From the NCBI GenBank assembly GCA_965224025.1, contig OZ245033.1, positions 2,496,001 to 2,560,000 on the forward strand: DNA of 64,000 nt. The letters run 5' to 3'. The translations under genes were made by a program, and so were the position numbers. The notes beneath the pieces were generated by a model. It was not told the DNA's origin, searched no databases, and worked only from the letters and a program-made list of their open reading frames with translations. Below are positions 40,414 to 50,570 of this stretch, piece by piece. Position 1 is the stretch's first letter. The number at the start of each line of letters is the position of its first letter. This DNA is from Candidatus Multivorans sp. (GTDB lineage: Bacteria > Acidobacteriota > Thermoanaerobaculia > Multivoradales > Multivoraceae).

Positions 40414-41564
40414 CGACCGCGACGGCCACGTCTGCGGCCGCGTCGACGCCGAGGCAGCAGCCGGACCGATCGGCGAACCGCACCGTCCTCGACATGGCCG
40501 GCGTCGCCGAGAGCGTTCGCCGCGAGATGGAGCGCGCGTTCCGCCGCGGCGTCAAGGGACTGCAGTACGTCTCGACCGGCGATCCGGGCGTCGGGTTGAC
40601 GCCGAAGGACATCGTCCACAGCCGCGGCACCCTGCGTCTCTACCACTACCGAGCCCGCGTCGACGAGGTCTACCGGACGCCGATCCTGCTGGTCATGTCC
40701 CTGATCAGCAAGCCGTACATTCTCGACCTTGCGCCGGGCCAGAGCCTGATCGAGTTCCTGCTCGACCGCGGCTTCGACGTCTACATGATCGACTGGGGCG
40801 CGCCCAGGCCGGAAGACAAGCGGCTCCGGCTCGAGGACTACGTGCTCGACTTCATCCCGGAGTGCGTCGAAACCGTTCATGAGCGCAGCGGCGAGCCCGA
40901 CGTGTCGATGGTCGGCTACTGCATGGGCGGGCTGCTGGCGGCGCTCTACGCGGCTCTTCATCCCGACGCGGCGTCGGGCGGCCGGCTCCGCAACCTGGCC
41001 TGCTTCACCACGCCGGTCAACTACGACGGCATGGGCCTGTTCAGGACCTGGACCGACCCGGCCCACTTCGATGTCGACCGGATCGTCGACCGGCTGGGCA
41101 ACGTGCCGCCGCAACTGCTCTACGCCTCGTTCAACGCGCTGCGGCCGGCCTCCCAGGTCGCGGGCCGGGTGCGGCTCTGGGACAACATGTGGAACGACGA
41201 GTTCGTGACCTCCTACCGCCGGCTCCAGCGCTGGGCGGCGGATCAGATCCACTTCCCGGGCGAGTGCTTCCGCCAGACCACGAAGGAGCTGCAGCAGCAG
41301 AATCTCCTGTTGAAGGGCGAGTTCCAGCTCGGCGGCCGGGTGGTCGACCTGTCGAACATTCGCGTCCCCTTCATCCACGTGGTGGCGGAGCACGATCACA
41401 TCGTGCCGTACGAAGCGGCGCGCGACCTGGTGGGAATGGTCGGCGCCGAGGACAGGGAGGAGATCATGCTCAAGGGCGGACACGTCAGCCTGGTCGCGGG
41501 CGCCAACGCGGTGCGCCGCCTGTGGCCGCGGCTTGAGGAGTGGTTGGCCGAACGGTCGGTGTAA
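40410..41564 (+). CDS. phaC: Class III polyhydroxyalkanoate synthase
   Basis: GLTPKD, KPYILDL.PGQS, IDWG.P, lipase box GYCMGG, AEHDHIV, GGHVS. 384 aa. Confidence 0.9.
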   Translation: MTTATATSAAASTPRQQPDRSANRTVLDMAGVAESVRREMERAFRRGVKGLQYVSTGDPGVGLTPKDIVHSRGTLRLYHYRARVDEVYRTPILLVMSLISKPYILDLAPGQSLIEFLLDRGFDVYMIDWGAPRPEDKRLRLEDYVLDFIPECVETVHERSGEPDVSMVGYCMGGLLAALYAALHPDAASGGRLRNLACFTTPVNYDGMGLFRTWTDPAHFDVDRIVDRLGNVPPQLLYASFNALRPASQVAGRVRLWDNMWNDEFVTSYRRLQRWAADQIHFPGECFRQTTKELQQQNLLLKGEFQLGGRVVDLSNIRVPFIHVVAEHDHIVPYEAARDLVGMVGAEDREEIMLKGGHVSLVAGANAVRRLWPRLEEWLAERSV

Positions 41565-41578
41565 GCGTCGGCCTCCTA

Positions 41579-41828
41579 CCTGGGAACGCGGGCGTCTCGC
41601 CCGCATCGGGCTCGGCGGCCGCGGCTGGCGTGACATCTGAGGACTACGAAGGGAGGTCCACGGGATGACTGAACAGAAGCGTTATGGCTGAACCGAAGAA
41701 TGGGGGCGGAGCCAATCCCGTTTCCATCTCGCACACCGGTCGCGGCTGACGCCACGGACGAACTGGGCGCGCCGGGCTGCCCGGAAACCCACTGGATGCG
41801 CCGGCCTTCCGGCCGGCATCCGGCGCGC
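41579..41828. repeat. REP-like palindromes (same families as near 17770 and 4150)
   Basis: GGGAACGCGGGCGTCTCGCCCGC (cf. GGGAACGCGGGCATTTTGGCCC near 17770) and GATGCGCCGGCCTTCCGGCCGGCATCCGGCGCGC (reverse complement of the 4153-4184 motif). Confidence 0.65.
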
Positions 41829-41884
41829 TACGATCCCGGTTCTGAAACCATCAGTGGGTTGCTGAACGCCCGGGAGAACCAGCC

Positions 41885-43423
41885 ATGCGAGACAACGTCG
41901 GACTGACACTGACCAAGCGCGCCTCTCTGTCGCCCGACATGGAGGGCTTCATCGACGTGGAGACGGAGCGCCGTTTTACGTTCACGGAGTGGAACCTGCG
42001 CTCGAACCGCACCGCCAACGCGCTGCGGGAACTGGGCGTGGGCAAGGGCGACCGGGTGGCGCTGCTGTTGATGAACAGCGTCGAGTACATGGAGACCTTC
42101 TTCGCGGTCGCCAAGATCGGCGCCGTCTGCGTGCCGCTGAACTGGCGGCTGACGCCTGAGGAGCTCTCGTTCATCATCCGTGACGCCGGCGCCGAGACCC
42201 TGGTCTTCGGCGACGAGTTCCAGGCTCAGGTCCTGGACCTGATCGCGCGCGGCGGCGGCGAGAACGGCACCAGGGTCAACAGGTGGGTCCACGTGGGTCC
42301 GGACGAGCAGCGGCCGGACGGCTGCCTCTCGTACCTGGATGCCACCTCGGCGGCGAGCGACGCCGAGCCCGAGATCGGGGCCCAGGACGACGACCTGCTC
42401 TACATCATGTACACCTCGGGGACGACGGGGCTGCCGAAGGGCGCCGTCCACACCCACGAGTCGGCGCTGTGGGCCGCTCTGACCATCATGGCCAGCGCCG
42501 ACACCCGCTACGGCGACCGCTACCTCGTCTCGTTGCCGCTCTTCCACGTCGGCGCCCTGACCCCGGCCACCGGCAACGTCCACCGCGGCAGCACCAGCAT
42601 CGTGATGCGGGCGTTCGATCCGGTGAAGACCTGGCAGTTGATCGACGAAGAGAACGTCAACGTCATGCTCAAGGTGCCGGCGATGCTCAACTTCATGCTC
42701 CAGGTGTACGACCCCGAGCGCTGCAAGCACGAGCGGCTGCGCTGGTGCATGAGCGGCGCGGCGCCGGTGCCGGTCAACCTGATCGAGGCGTACGAGAAGC
42801 TGGGCATCGAGATCCACCAGGTCTACGGCCTGACCGAGACCTGCGGCCCGGCCTGCCTGATCTCGCCCGAGGATGCGATCCGAAAGGCCGGATCGACGGG
42901 CAAAGCCTTCTTCCATACCTCCGTGCGCGTCGTCGACGGCGACGGCAACGACTGCGGCCCCGGTGAGGCGGGCGAGGTCGTCGTCGCCGGCCGCCACCTG
43001 ATGAAGGAGTACTGGAACCGGCCCGAGGCCACCGCCGAGGCGATCAAGGACGGCTGGCTCTACACCGGCGACGGCGCCGTGATGGACGAAGACGGCTTCG
43101 TCTACATCCAGGACCGGCTGAAGGACATGATCATCTCCGGCGGCGAGAACGTCTATCCCGCCGAGCTCGAAGAGGTCATCGGCCGCCACCCCAAGGTGCT
43201 CGAAGTCGGCGTCATCGGCCGCGAGAGCGAGAAGTGGGGCGAATCCCCGGTCGCCATCGTCGTCCGCTCCGACGAGAGCCTCGAAGGCCAGGAGGTCCTC
43301 GACTTCTGCCAGGACAAGCTGGCCCGCTTCAAGCAGCCGGTGGCCGTCCACTTCATCGACCAGTTGCCGCGGAACCCGTCGGGGAAGATCCTGAAGCGGC
43401 TGTTGAGGGAGCAGTTCAACTAA
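41885..43423 (+). CDS. Long-chain acyl-CoA synthetase (AMP-forming)
   Basis: YTSGTTGLPKG, YGLTE, GWLYTGD, DRLKDMIISGGENVYP, LPRNPSGK. Confidence 0.95.
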   Translation: MRDNVGLTLTKRASLSPDMEGFIDVETERRFTFTEWNLRSNRTANALRELGVGKGDRVALLLMNSVEYMETFFAVAKIGAVCVPLNWRLTPEELSFIIRDAGAETLVFGDEFQAQVLDLIARGGGENGTRVNRWVHVGPDEQRPDGCLSYLDATSAASDAEPEIGAQDDDLLYIMYTSGTTGLPKGAVHTHESALWAALTIMASADTRYGDRYLVSLPLFHVGALTPATGNVHRGSTSIVMRAFDPVKTWQLIDEENVNVMLKVPAMLNFMLQVYDPERCKHERLRWCMSGAAPVPVNLIEAYEKLGIEIHQVYGLTETCGPACLISPEDAIRKAGSTGKAFFHTSVRVVDGDGNDCGPGEAGEVVVAGRHLMKEYWNRPEATAEAIKDGWLYTGDGAVMDEDGFVYIQDRLKDMIISGGENVYPAELEEVIGRHPKVLEVGVIGRESEKWGESPVAIVVRSDESLEGQEVLDFCQDKLARFKQPVAVHFIDQLPRNPSGKILKRLLREQFN

Positions 43424-43557
43424 GAGGGTGTCAGGGAGGCGGTACCGGTTGTCTGGGTGCACGCCGACCTTTCGCCCTGCAATCGGCGAGCCCCGCAGCG
43501 GCGTGCGCCAGTGTTGCACAGACGCCGTCTTCAGTAACCGACCCCCAAGCCCCATCC

Positions 43558-43935
43558 ATGCGCTACCGCGAGGAGCTTCCGCGAGGCTGTCCGCCCGATG
43601 ACGCCGAGGAGGTTGGGGAACCTCGCTTGATGTTTCGGCTCGCTCGGACGATCCCGCCGACCGAAGCTGACTTCAGGTCCCAGAGAGCCGAGAAGCCGGA
43701 TCAGGTATTTTCGGGCGTGAGCGAGTGTCAGGCCCGCGGATTGTCGATCCATGGGGATCGTGCCGATTCCGAGCAGGTGCTGAAACTACCGAAGATGAGA
43801 GGACGCCGCGTCTGTAGACTGTCGTTGACGGCCGGAGCGGGTCGCGTTCAGCAGACCGGGATGCGTTCCCACCACGCTTGGTGGCCCTTCGCCGACTACG
43901 ACGTCCTGGCTTGTTGTGACGGTGACGTCCAATGA
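43558..43935 (+). CDS. Hypothetical protein, possible ADP-ribosyltransferase-like fold
   Basis: 125 aa: LPRGCPP...MFR...DFRS...CQARGLSIH...HHAWW. ATGA coupling to the next gene. Confidence 0.6.
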   Translation: MRYREELPRGCPPDDAEEVGEPRLMFRLARTIPPTEADFRSQRAEKPDQVFSGVSECQARGLSIHGDRADSEQVLKLPKMRGRRVCRLSLTAGAGRVQQTGMRSHHAWWPFADYDVLACCDGDVQ

Positions 43936-45077
43936 GAAGCATCACCCACAAGGCGACCCTGTTCTGGTACGACGGCCCGCAGGTGTTCGAGGCACGCGAT
44001 GCTATCGGCGGCCACTACGTGGGCGTAGCTGTGGAAGAACCGCCCGGCGTGAGCCGCCATCTCGTGGTGGGTGTACCGCCGGCGAGGCTGCGCCGGCTCC
44101 GAGCCGGTGCTCTCGATCTGCGGGCCTGCCTGGTGGAGGCCGGCGCCGAGGAGTGGCATTTGACGCCTGCCGAGGCCGATTTGGCGGAGCCGCTTCCGCT
44201 CGACGTCCAAGCAGGGTCCCTTGAGGAGACGGGCTTGTTGCCGGACGAAGGCTTCTTTCTGCATCCTGATCCTTCGGATGAGTCGATGCTCGTCGAATCT
44301 CGGGCACGCAACAGGCTGGTGATGGAATTGGCGGCTGAGCCCCCGGAAGCTGCCGCGGAACATCGCATTCGACTCGACACCTACCTTGAGATCCTCGGCG
44401 AAGTCCAAACCCTGGTCAGGCACGCCTACAGGTCGGCGTGGCGAGAGTTGTCCAAGGGCTATCGCAGCATGCTGGAGCAGGACACGGGCCCCATGCTGGA
44501 TGTTGTCGTACCAGCTTCTGGCGGCTCGTTTCGGGTGCTTCTCGAAGCCACTCAGACGCCGAATCTGATCGGAGAGAGCGAACTCGTCCGTGCACTCCGA
44601 CGCGTTGATGCGCTGTTCGAGCGGGTGGCAGAACCCGACAGGGCAACTGCTACAGCGCGGGAGCACAGAGGCCATCTCGCGGGCTCTTACCTGAGGCTCC
44701 TGCGCGTTCTGGCAGAGCGAGACACCAGCTTGCGGTACTCGTGGGCGGAGCCATCTGCAGTCGGTGCCTCGCGCCGCTCCGTGACGGCGGCCGAGGCTGA
44801 ACGACTCGTTCAGGTCCTCTCAGGCGTGTCGAACCTGAGCACCGAGTCCGTCACATTGGAAGGTGAGTTCGAGAAGTTCAATCGCGCTTCGGGTCTGTGG
44901 GGTCTGTTCACGGAGCACGGCAAAGTCCAAGGCAAGATCCGTGACGGCGGCCCGAGCCTGGACGGCCTGGAAGTCGGTGGTCGCTACAGGTTTGCTTGCA
45001 TCGAGGAAATAGACCAAGTGGAAGGTACCGGCCGGGAGAGCCGTACGCTGTACTTGACAGGTCACGACCCCGCCTGA
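43932..45077 (+). CDS. Hypothetical protein with DUF6575-like N-terminus
   Basis: LFWYDGPQVFEARD..GGHY...LP..GFFL N-domain plus a ~250-aa unknown C-terminal region. Confidence 0.6.
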   Translation: MRSITHKATLFWYDGPQVFEARDAIGGHYVGVAVEEPPGVSRHLVVGVPPARLRRLRAGALDLRACLVEAGAEEWHLTPAEADLAEPLPLDVQAGSLEETGLLPDEGFFLHPDPSDESMLVESRARNRLVMELAAEPPEAAAEHRIRLDTYLEILGEVQTLVRHAYRSAWRELSKGYRSMLEQDTGPMLDVVVPASGGSFRVLLEATQTPNLIGESELVRALRRVDALFERVAEPDRATATAREHRGHLAGSYLRLLRVLAERDTSLRYSWAEPSAVGASRRSVTAAEAERLVQVLSGVSNLSTESVTLEGEFEKFNRASGLWGLFTEHGKVQGKIRDGGPSLDGLEVGGRYRFACIEEIDQVEGTGRESRTLYLTGHDPA

Positions 45078-45167
45078 ACTTGCCGGTCGGGAGACTGAAC
45101 CGCTGGGCGGCAGTACGGTGTTCCGCTACGGCGGAAGAGCGGCCTTGGGCCCGTAGCCGTTCTGGTT

Positions 45168-46747
45168 TCAGCCGCGGTCCAGCACTTCTCCCAGCGATCG
45201 TGGTTTCGGGCCGCCGAGACCAGCCTCGGTGGGCTCATCCAGCTTCGGCAGGTACTCCGGCGGCCGGAACAGCGGATTGCCCGGCGACCAAAGCTCCACG
45301 CTTTCGGCGTGTTGCTCGTAGTACGCCGGGTTGGTCGTGATCCGAAGTGCTTCGCTCATGCCGGGCGCCAACAGGGTGTACTCGCGGTTGCCGGCGTCCA
45401 GGTAGCTGACGTCGAAGCCCGGCGGCATCAGGTCAGGGCGTCCGAGCACCCGCTCCAGGTCCAGCATGGTCATCGGGGGTTCGGGCCGCGCAGGGAGTTC
45501 CAGTTCTTCATCGAGGACGGCGTCGAGGTCGAATCCGCCGGTTTCGGTTTCGTCGATTCGGCTGCGCATTCGGTCCGCGAGGTTCGATGTGCCTTGGTCG
45601 GCTGTCGCGGTGCCGCGGCCCGCGAGGACTTCTTGGGTGATCGTGCGCGGCAGTTCGGCGAGGATGGGCTGCAGGCGGCCGACGACGGTCTCGAAGAGGT
45701 CGATGCGCTCCTGGAGGGCCCGGTAGACGTCGGCTTCGACGGTGTCCTCGTAGTGCAGGTTGACGATGCGGATCGTGGGGCTCTGCTGGCCCAGGCGGTC
45801 GATGCGGCCGATACGCTGCTCGACCCGCATCGGGTTCCACGGCATGTCATAGTTGACGATGGCGCCGCAGAACTGGAAGTTCAGCCCCTCCGCGGCGGCG
45901 TCGGTGCAGAGCAGGACCTCCGCGTCGCCGGCGCGGAAGCGCCTCTTGACCTCGTCGCGCTTGATAACCCGCCAGCCGCCGTCGGCGGTCGGGGCCTCGC
46001 CGCCGCGGCCCGAGTAGCACATCGGCTTAGGCCCACCGCGGTCGGTGCCGAGCGCCTCGCGTAGGAAGTCCATCGTGTCCGTGTACTGAGTGAAGACCAT
46101 GACCTGCGCGTAGCCGCTGTCGCGCAGGTGGCTCAGTTCCGCCTTCAACGTTGCCAACTTGCTGTCGGGCGGTAAGCGCCGGGTCTGCTCCAGCAGGTTC
46201 TGGATGTCGGCGCCCTCTTCCGCAGCGAGGGCCTGCCGCTCCTTTTCGGCCAACTCGTCGACGTCCCAGTTCTCGCCCCGGAGCTCGTCTTCGAAGGCCT
46301 CCTCGTCCAGGTCGGTCCGGCGTACCGCGCCGGAATCGCCGATCGCGGCCAGTCGGTCCTGGAGCGTGTTCGCGAGCGCCCGGAAGCTGCTGGCCAGCCG
46401 CCGGCGACCATCCAGGCCAACAGTTCGAGCGCCTCGGCCTCGTCGGCGACCGGTTCGAGCGTCATGGCGCCTAGACGCCGGTCGACCATGTTTCGCAGGC
46501 TCTCGCCCCGCTCGATTGCCTCGATCTCGGGTGGATCGAGCGTGCAGCCGACGAGCAGCCTCATGCGTCCGGCGTTGCGAACCAGCCCCTCGATGCCGCG
46601 CGCCGCCAGGGTCAGCGCGCCGGCCTTGAAGTACCCGGTCAGCCGGTCGTAGCGCTCCGCGTCCTCCAAGGCCGGGACGTAGAAGACCCGCACCAGATCC
46701 CCGTCTTCCGGCGTGTACTTGAGGTGCCAGGAATGGTCGCTCAGCAT
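45168..46747 (-). pseudogene. SNF2-family helicase of a restriction-like system, central ATPase lobe deleted
   Basis: N-terminus (46747: FYVPAL...YDRLTGYF...MRLLVG) is joined near 46405 to RRRLASSF...VFTQYTDT, TDAAAEGLNFQ, NYDMPWNPMRVEQRIGRIDRLGQ. No Walker A or DEAH motif. Confidence 0.8.
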
Positions 46748-46769
46748 CGGTGGAGGCCCGGCTCGGGGA

Positions 46770-49734
46770 TCAGGTCGCCTCGGCCAAGCGCAATGCGAGC
46801 TGTTCCGGCTCGTCGATCCGGTCTGCGAAGGCGAATCGGCGGAGGTTGTAGAGGGCCTCGAAGTCGTTGCTGGACGCGGCAATTTCGCCCTTAAGCGCGA
46901 CGCCGGTGAATGTTGTCGACACCGGGAGAACCTCGAGCACGGCTTCGAACGCGGCCAAGAAGAGCGGATCCTCGTCGACCTGAGCCCGCGCGAGCAGGTC
47001 GCGCGCCTCCTCCAGCGACCGGCTGCGGGCCGTGTGGGCCGCGTGATGGAGAGCGTCGATCATTCCCAGGGCGCCGTCCGCTGGTCCCAGGGCACCGCGC
47101 GCCGCCCCGGCGCTCGCTGTCCCAGAGTTGAACGTTGGCGCTCTTCTTCAGCGCCAGACGGCCGACGATCTCGCGGTCGAGGTCGGCACCCGTGGCGCGA
47201 GCCAGCCTCAACGCCTCGTCGAAGGAGAACACAGGCGCCTTGAAGGCATCCCAGGCCAGGACGAAGAAGGCGGTAGCCGGGTCGAGGTCGACATTGGCCT
47301 TGAGGTGGGTCAGTTGCTCCAACCGCCAGCGCTTCACTTCGCGGCGCGCCACGTCAAGAGCGTCCTCGGGCGTGACGGCATAGGGGTCGGGCTCTTCCAG
47401 CAGGAGCGCTGTCTGATGGCCTCTCCTCTTCGCGCTGGCCGGCAGTTCCCGGGGCGTACCGCGCCGGAGCGGCCAATGGCGGGAGAACTGCTCCAACGCC
47501 GGCCCGAAGCACGCGAGGTACAGGTCCACGCCGCCGATGCCGGCCTCCTGGAAGTCACCGACGCGGGCACGAACCGCTTTGGCGACTTCCGGTTCCACGT
47601 CTTCCCAGTACGTGGTCGAATCCCGGAGTTCGGCCGCGTTGCGGTCGTCGGGCGGGCGGCAGACGAGGAAGATCGTGCTCTTGGCGGCTGCCTTGTCCTT
47701 GATGTGCAGGCTGCCGGCCGCCTCCGTGTTGATCGGCCAGGACGCCGTGATCCGGAAGCCGGCCGTCATCAGGCCCGTGGTCAGTGCATCCCAGGCGCCG
47801 GTGGCCTTGTGGGTGAACATCAGGGTCATGATGCCGTCAGGCTTCAGCACCCGGCGGCATTCCCGGAAGATCGCCGCCATGCGTTCCTGGTAGTCGCGGC
47901 CGGCGAGCGCCCGAGCGCCCTTCTTGCCCTGAAACCGAGCCGGATTGGCGACCGCTTCGTTCTCCTTGTCGGTCAATTGGCGCCGGCAGAGCTCCGGGAA
48001 CACGTGGCCGGCCGTGCGCTTGAGCCAGACGTAGAAGAAGTCGGACAGCTCGGCGTACATCACGTTGTCGTAGTAGGGCGGGTCCATGACGACGTCGTCG
48101 ACGGAGGCGTCGTCGATGTGGTCGAGGCTGTCGCCGGGTTTGCAGGTGATGGTGATTGGCGGCGGGCCGGGCCGGTTGGTGTCGCCGTCGTGTGCGTCGC
48201 GGAGCAGGGGGCCTTCGTTCGGAGTGGCGTTGGGGTTGACCAGGGCGACGAGTTCCTTGACGCACTTCGCGGTCTGTTTGGTCGCCCAGTCGTAGCCGAC
48301 GCCGGCGATCAGCGGCGCCATCTCGGCGTGGGACCAGCAGAACGCGAAGTAATGACGATTGAACGTATTGGCCATGACCTCGCGGGTTGGCATCCACACC
48401 GACATGCGGGAGTTGTAGTTCAACAGCTTGTCCAGCGCCAACGCCAGGTGCCCGTAGGCAGCCTTGCGCACTTCGTCCAGTTCGCCCGCGGACCGATCAG
48501 CTTCTAGCAGCTCCCGGAAGACCTCGACGCTCGTGCCGTGGCAGAGCAGTTGGCGGGGCGAGAACAGGTCGCGCCAGAGCGGCATCCCGTACTGGATCGG
48601 GCGCGTGTCATTGCCGTCTTTCGGGAAGCGCTCGCTCGGCACGATGTCGAACGCCTCCCATTCCGGCATCTTTGCGACGAGGCGTTCGGCAATCTCGGCC
48701 GAGTTGTCGTCCTCGGGCCGCGGTGCCCGATAGCCGCGCAACCACTTCTCCCGGAGCTTCCCGGTCTTCGTCCGCGTTTCGACCCGACGCTTGTAGACCA
48801 CCGTGTAGAGCTGTTCGCCCATCCGGCCGGCCTGCGCCTGCGCCTTGATTTCGTCGCCGTCGATCACTCGGCCTCAGTCGCTGAAGGTGCACGTTCCGTC
48901 GTCGCGCGCGACCGTGCCCGCAGACTGTTCGTCGGCTGACTCCACGATCTCGAACGAGCACACCCGGCCCGCGGTTCCGGGGCCGCCGGCGACTTCGGGC
49001 CGCAGCCGAACGCCGGTTCCGCCGGGCGCGAGCCGCCAGTTCGGCGACAGCGGCACGAGGCCATCGCAGTAGGGGCAAGAGACGGTTCGGGACCAGAGAT
49101 ATGTGAGGTCCACTTGTTCAGGAAGGTCACGCTGTGCGAACAGGTCGGACAACCTCGCTTCGAGTTCCCTTCGCCAACGCCGCGCCAAGCCCTGGAACAA
49201 GATTCCGATGCCTGCGGGCCAGTTCGTCGGCCACTCGACCGTCGCCTTCATGACCAGGGCGGCCACAGGGTTCAGGTCGTTGGCAAGACCCGGAAGGCCG
49301 AGTCGAGCCGTTTCAAACGGGATGCTTCCGCCGCCGGCGGTGGGGTCGAGCACGACCGGACCGTCAGATGTCGCAGAGCGGTACGACTCGAACCACTCGA
49401 CGTCGGCCGGAGCGGGAACGTACTTGAAGGCGCGGTCGTAGCCGTAGGGATCCTTGACACGAATGCCCGTTCTCCGGGCGTTGTCGATCTTCGACCTCGC
49501 CTCGACCGGGTCGCCGTGAATCCCAAGTACATGAAGGAACCGCTCCCGGTCCGCGTCTTCCGGCAGCACTGAAGCGAGGACCGCTGCCCGCGAAGCGACG
49601 AGCGGCCGCCGTGCCCACCACACATGCAGATAGTAGGTAGGGGGTAGCGCGGTCATCGACCTGCGCTCGCGGGCGGACTCCTCGCCCAACTCAGCAATCG
49701 GCAGCCAACGTTCGATCAGGCGCGGGTCGGACAT
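46770..49734 (-). pseudogene. DUF1156 adenine DNA methyltransferase (in-frame TGA and a frameshift)
   Basis: [56 protein letters not shown] at 48874-48876; extra G near 47107. Confidence 0.88.
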
Positions 49735-49773
49735 CGTTCAGACTCACTCCTTGGGAGACGCAGCGAGTATCTT

Positions 49774-50064
49774 CTAGATCAAGGGGCCGAAGTAGCTGCG
49801 GCCCGTTGTGAAGAAGGGCGCCAAGTTGCCTGCTTCGTCTGGACTGAGCCCGGTTCGGAACCATACGTCCAACTCGTGTTCCTCGTCTGCCTGCGCCGAG
49901 AGCTCGACGAGCCCAGACCATTGCCGGCCGCGCGCTTGTTTGAGGCGTTCCGCGTTCAGGTTCGGGATCTCGATGGTGCGGGTCAAATAGGTCGGCTCGA
50001 AGTCCGCCTCCCGGCAAACGACCTCGTCGGGCCGAATGCTCTCGTCCTCGAGACGACTTCTCAT
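49774..50064 (-). pseudogene. Hypothetical, possibly the C-terminal remnant of a TIGR02646/PtuB-like HNH nuclease
   Basis: TI...NLN.ERLK.AR...G.L.PFFTT.RSYF pattern with no HNH core. ATGA-coupled to DUF4411. Confidence 0.35.
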
Positions 50065-50555
50065 CGCTGTCGCCAGTCAGTCCGGAAGTCTAGGCGGCGC
50101 AGCAGTTCGTACGTATCAATGCAAGGGACTCCCAGGTCGGCGCAGACATCCGGAATGTGGCGGTTCGCCCGCTGCCTCTTCGGCTTGCTCCGTTCCATGG
50201 TCACGACGGTCACTTGTCCGGGCAGCGCGACTCCGTACGCGACGATGAACGGGTCGGCCTTGAGTTTCTCCAGTTCGTCCTCGGCCAGATCGGTAGCGTA
50301 GCCGACTTCCACGGCGCGGCTCACGGGACCGGCCTCCAACTCCGTTTCTTCCAGAAGAACAGGCTTGTGCTCCTTGACCCACTTGACGAGCTGGCCCTTG
50401 CCATCCTTGACCTCCTCGAACGCCTCAACTGGCACCTTGAGAAGACCCTACGCGGCCAGATGGAGCAGCCACTCCCAGAACTCGGGTACACGGTCGATTG
50501 GGTAGTAGTCGCGGTCCGCGTCGATCAGGACGTTCGAGTCCAGGAGATAGCGCAA
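50061..50555 (-). pseudogene. DUF4411 (PIN-like) family protein with in-frame TAG
   Basis: TTG start, YLLDSNVLIDA.RDYYP..RVPEFWEWL, TAG at 50448-50450, then ADPFIVAY...VVT.E...IPDVC..LGV. Confidence 0.8.
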
Positions 50556-50570
50556 GTGCAGGCGCCCGGG

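Noticed and set aside
48874-48876. In-frame TGA at a Cys-like position in DUF1156 as selenocysteine
   Set aside because: No convincing SECIS hairpin follows, and the gene and operon carry other lesions. A TGC>TGA nonsense change is simpler.
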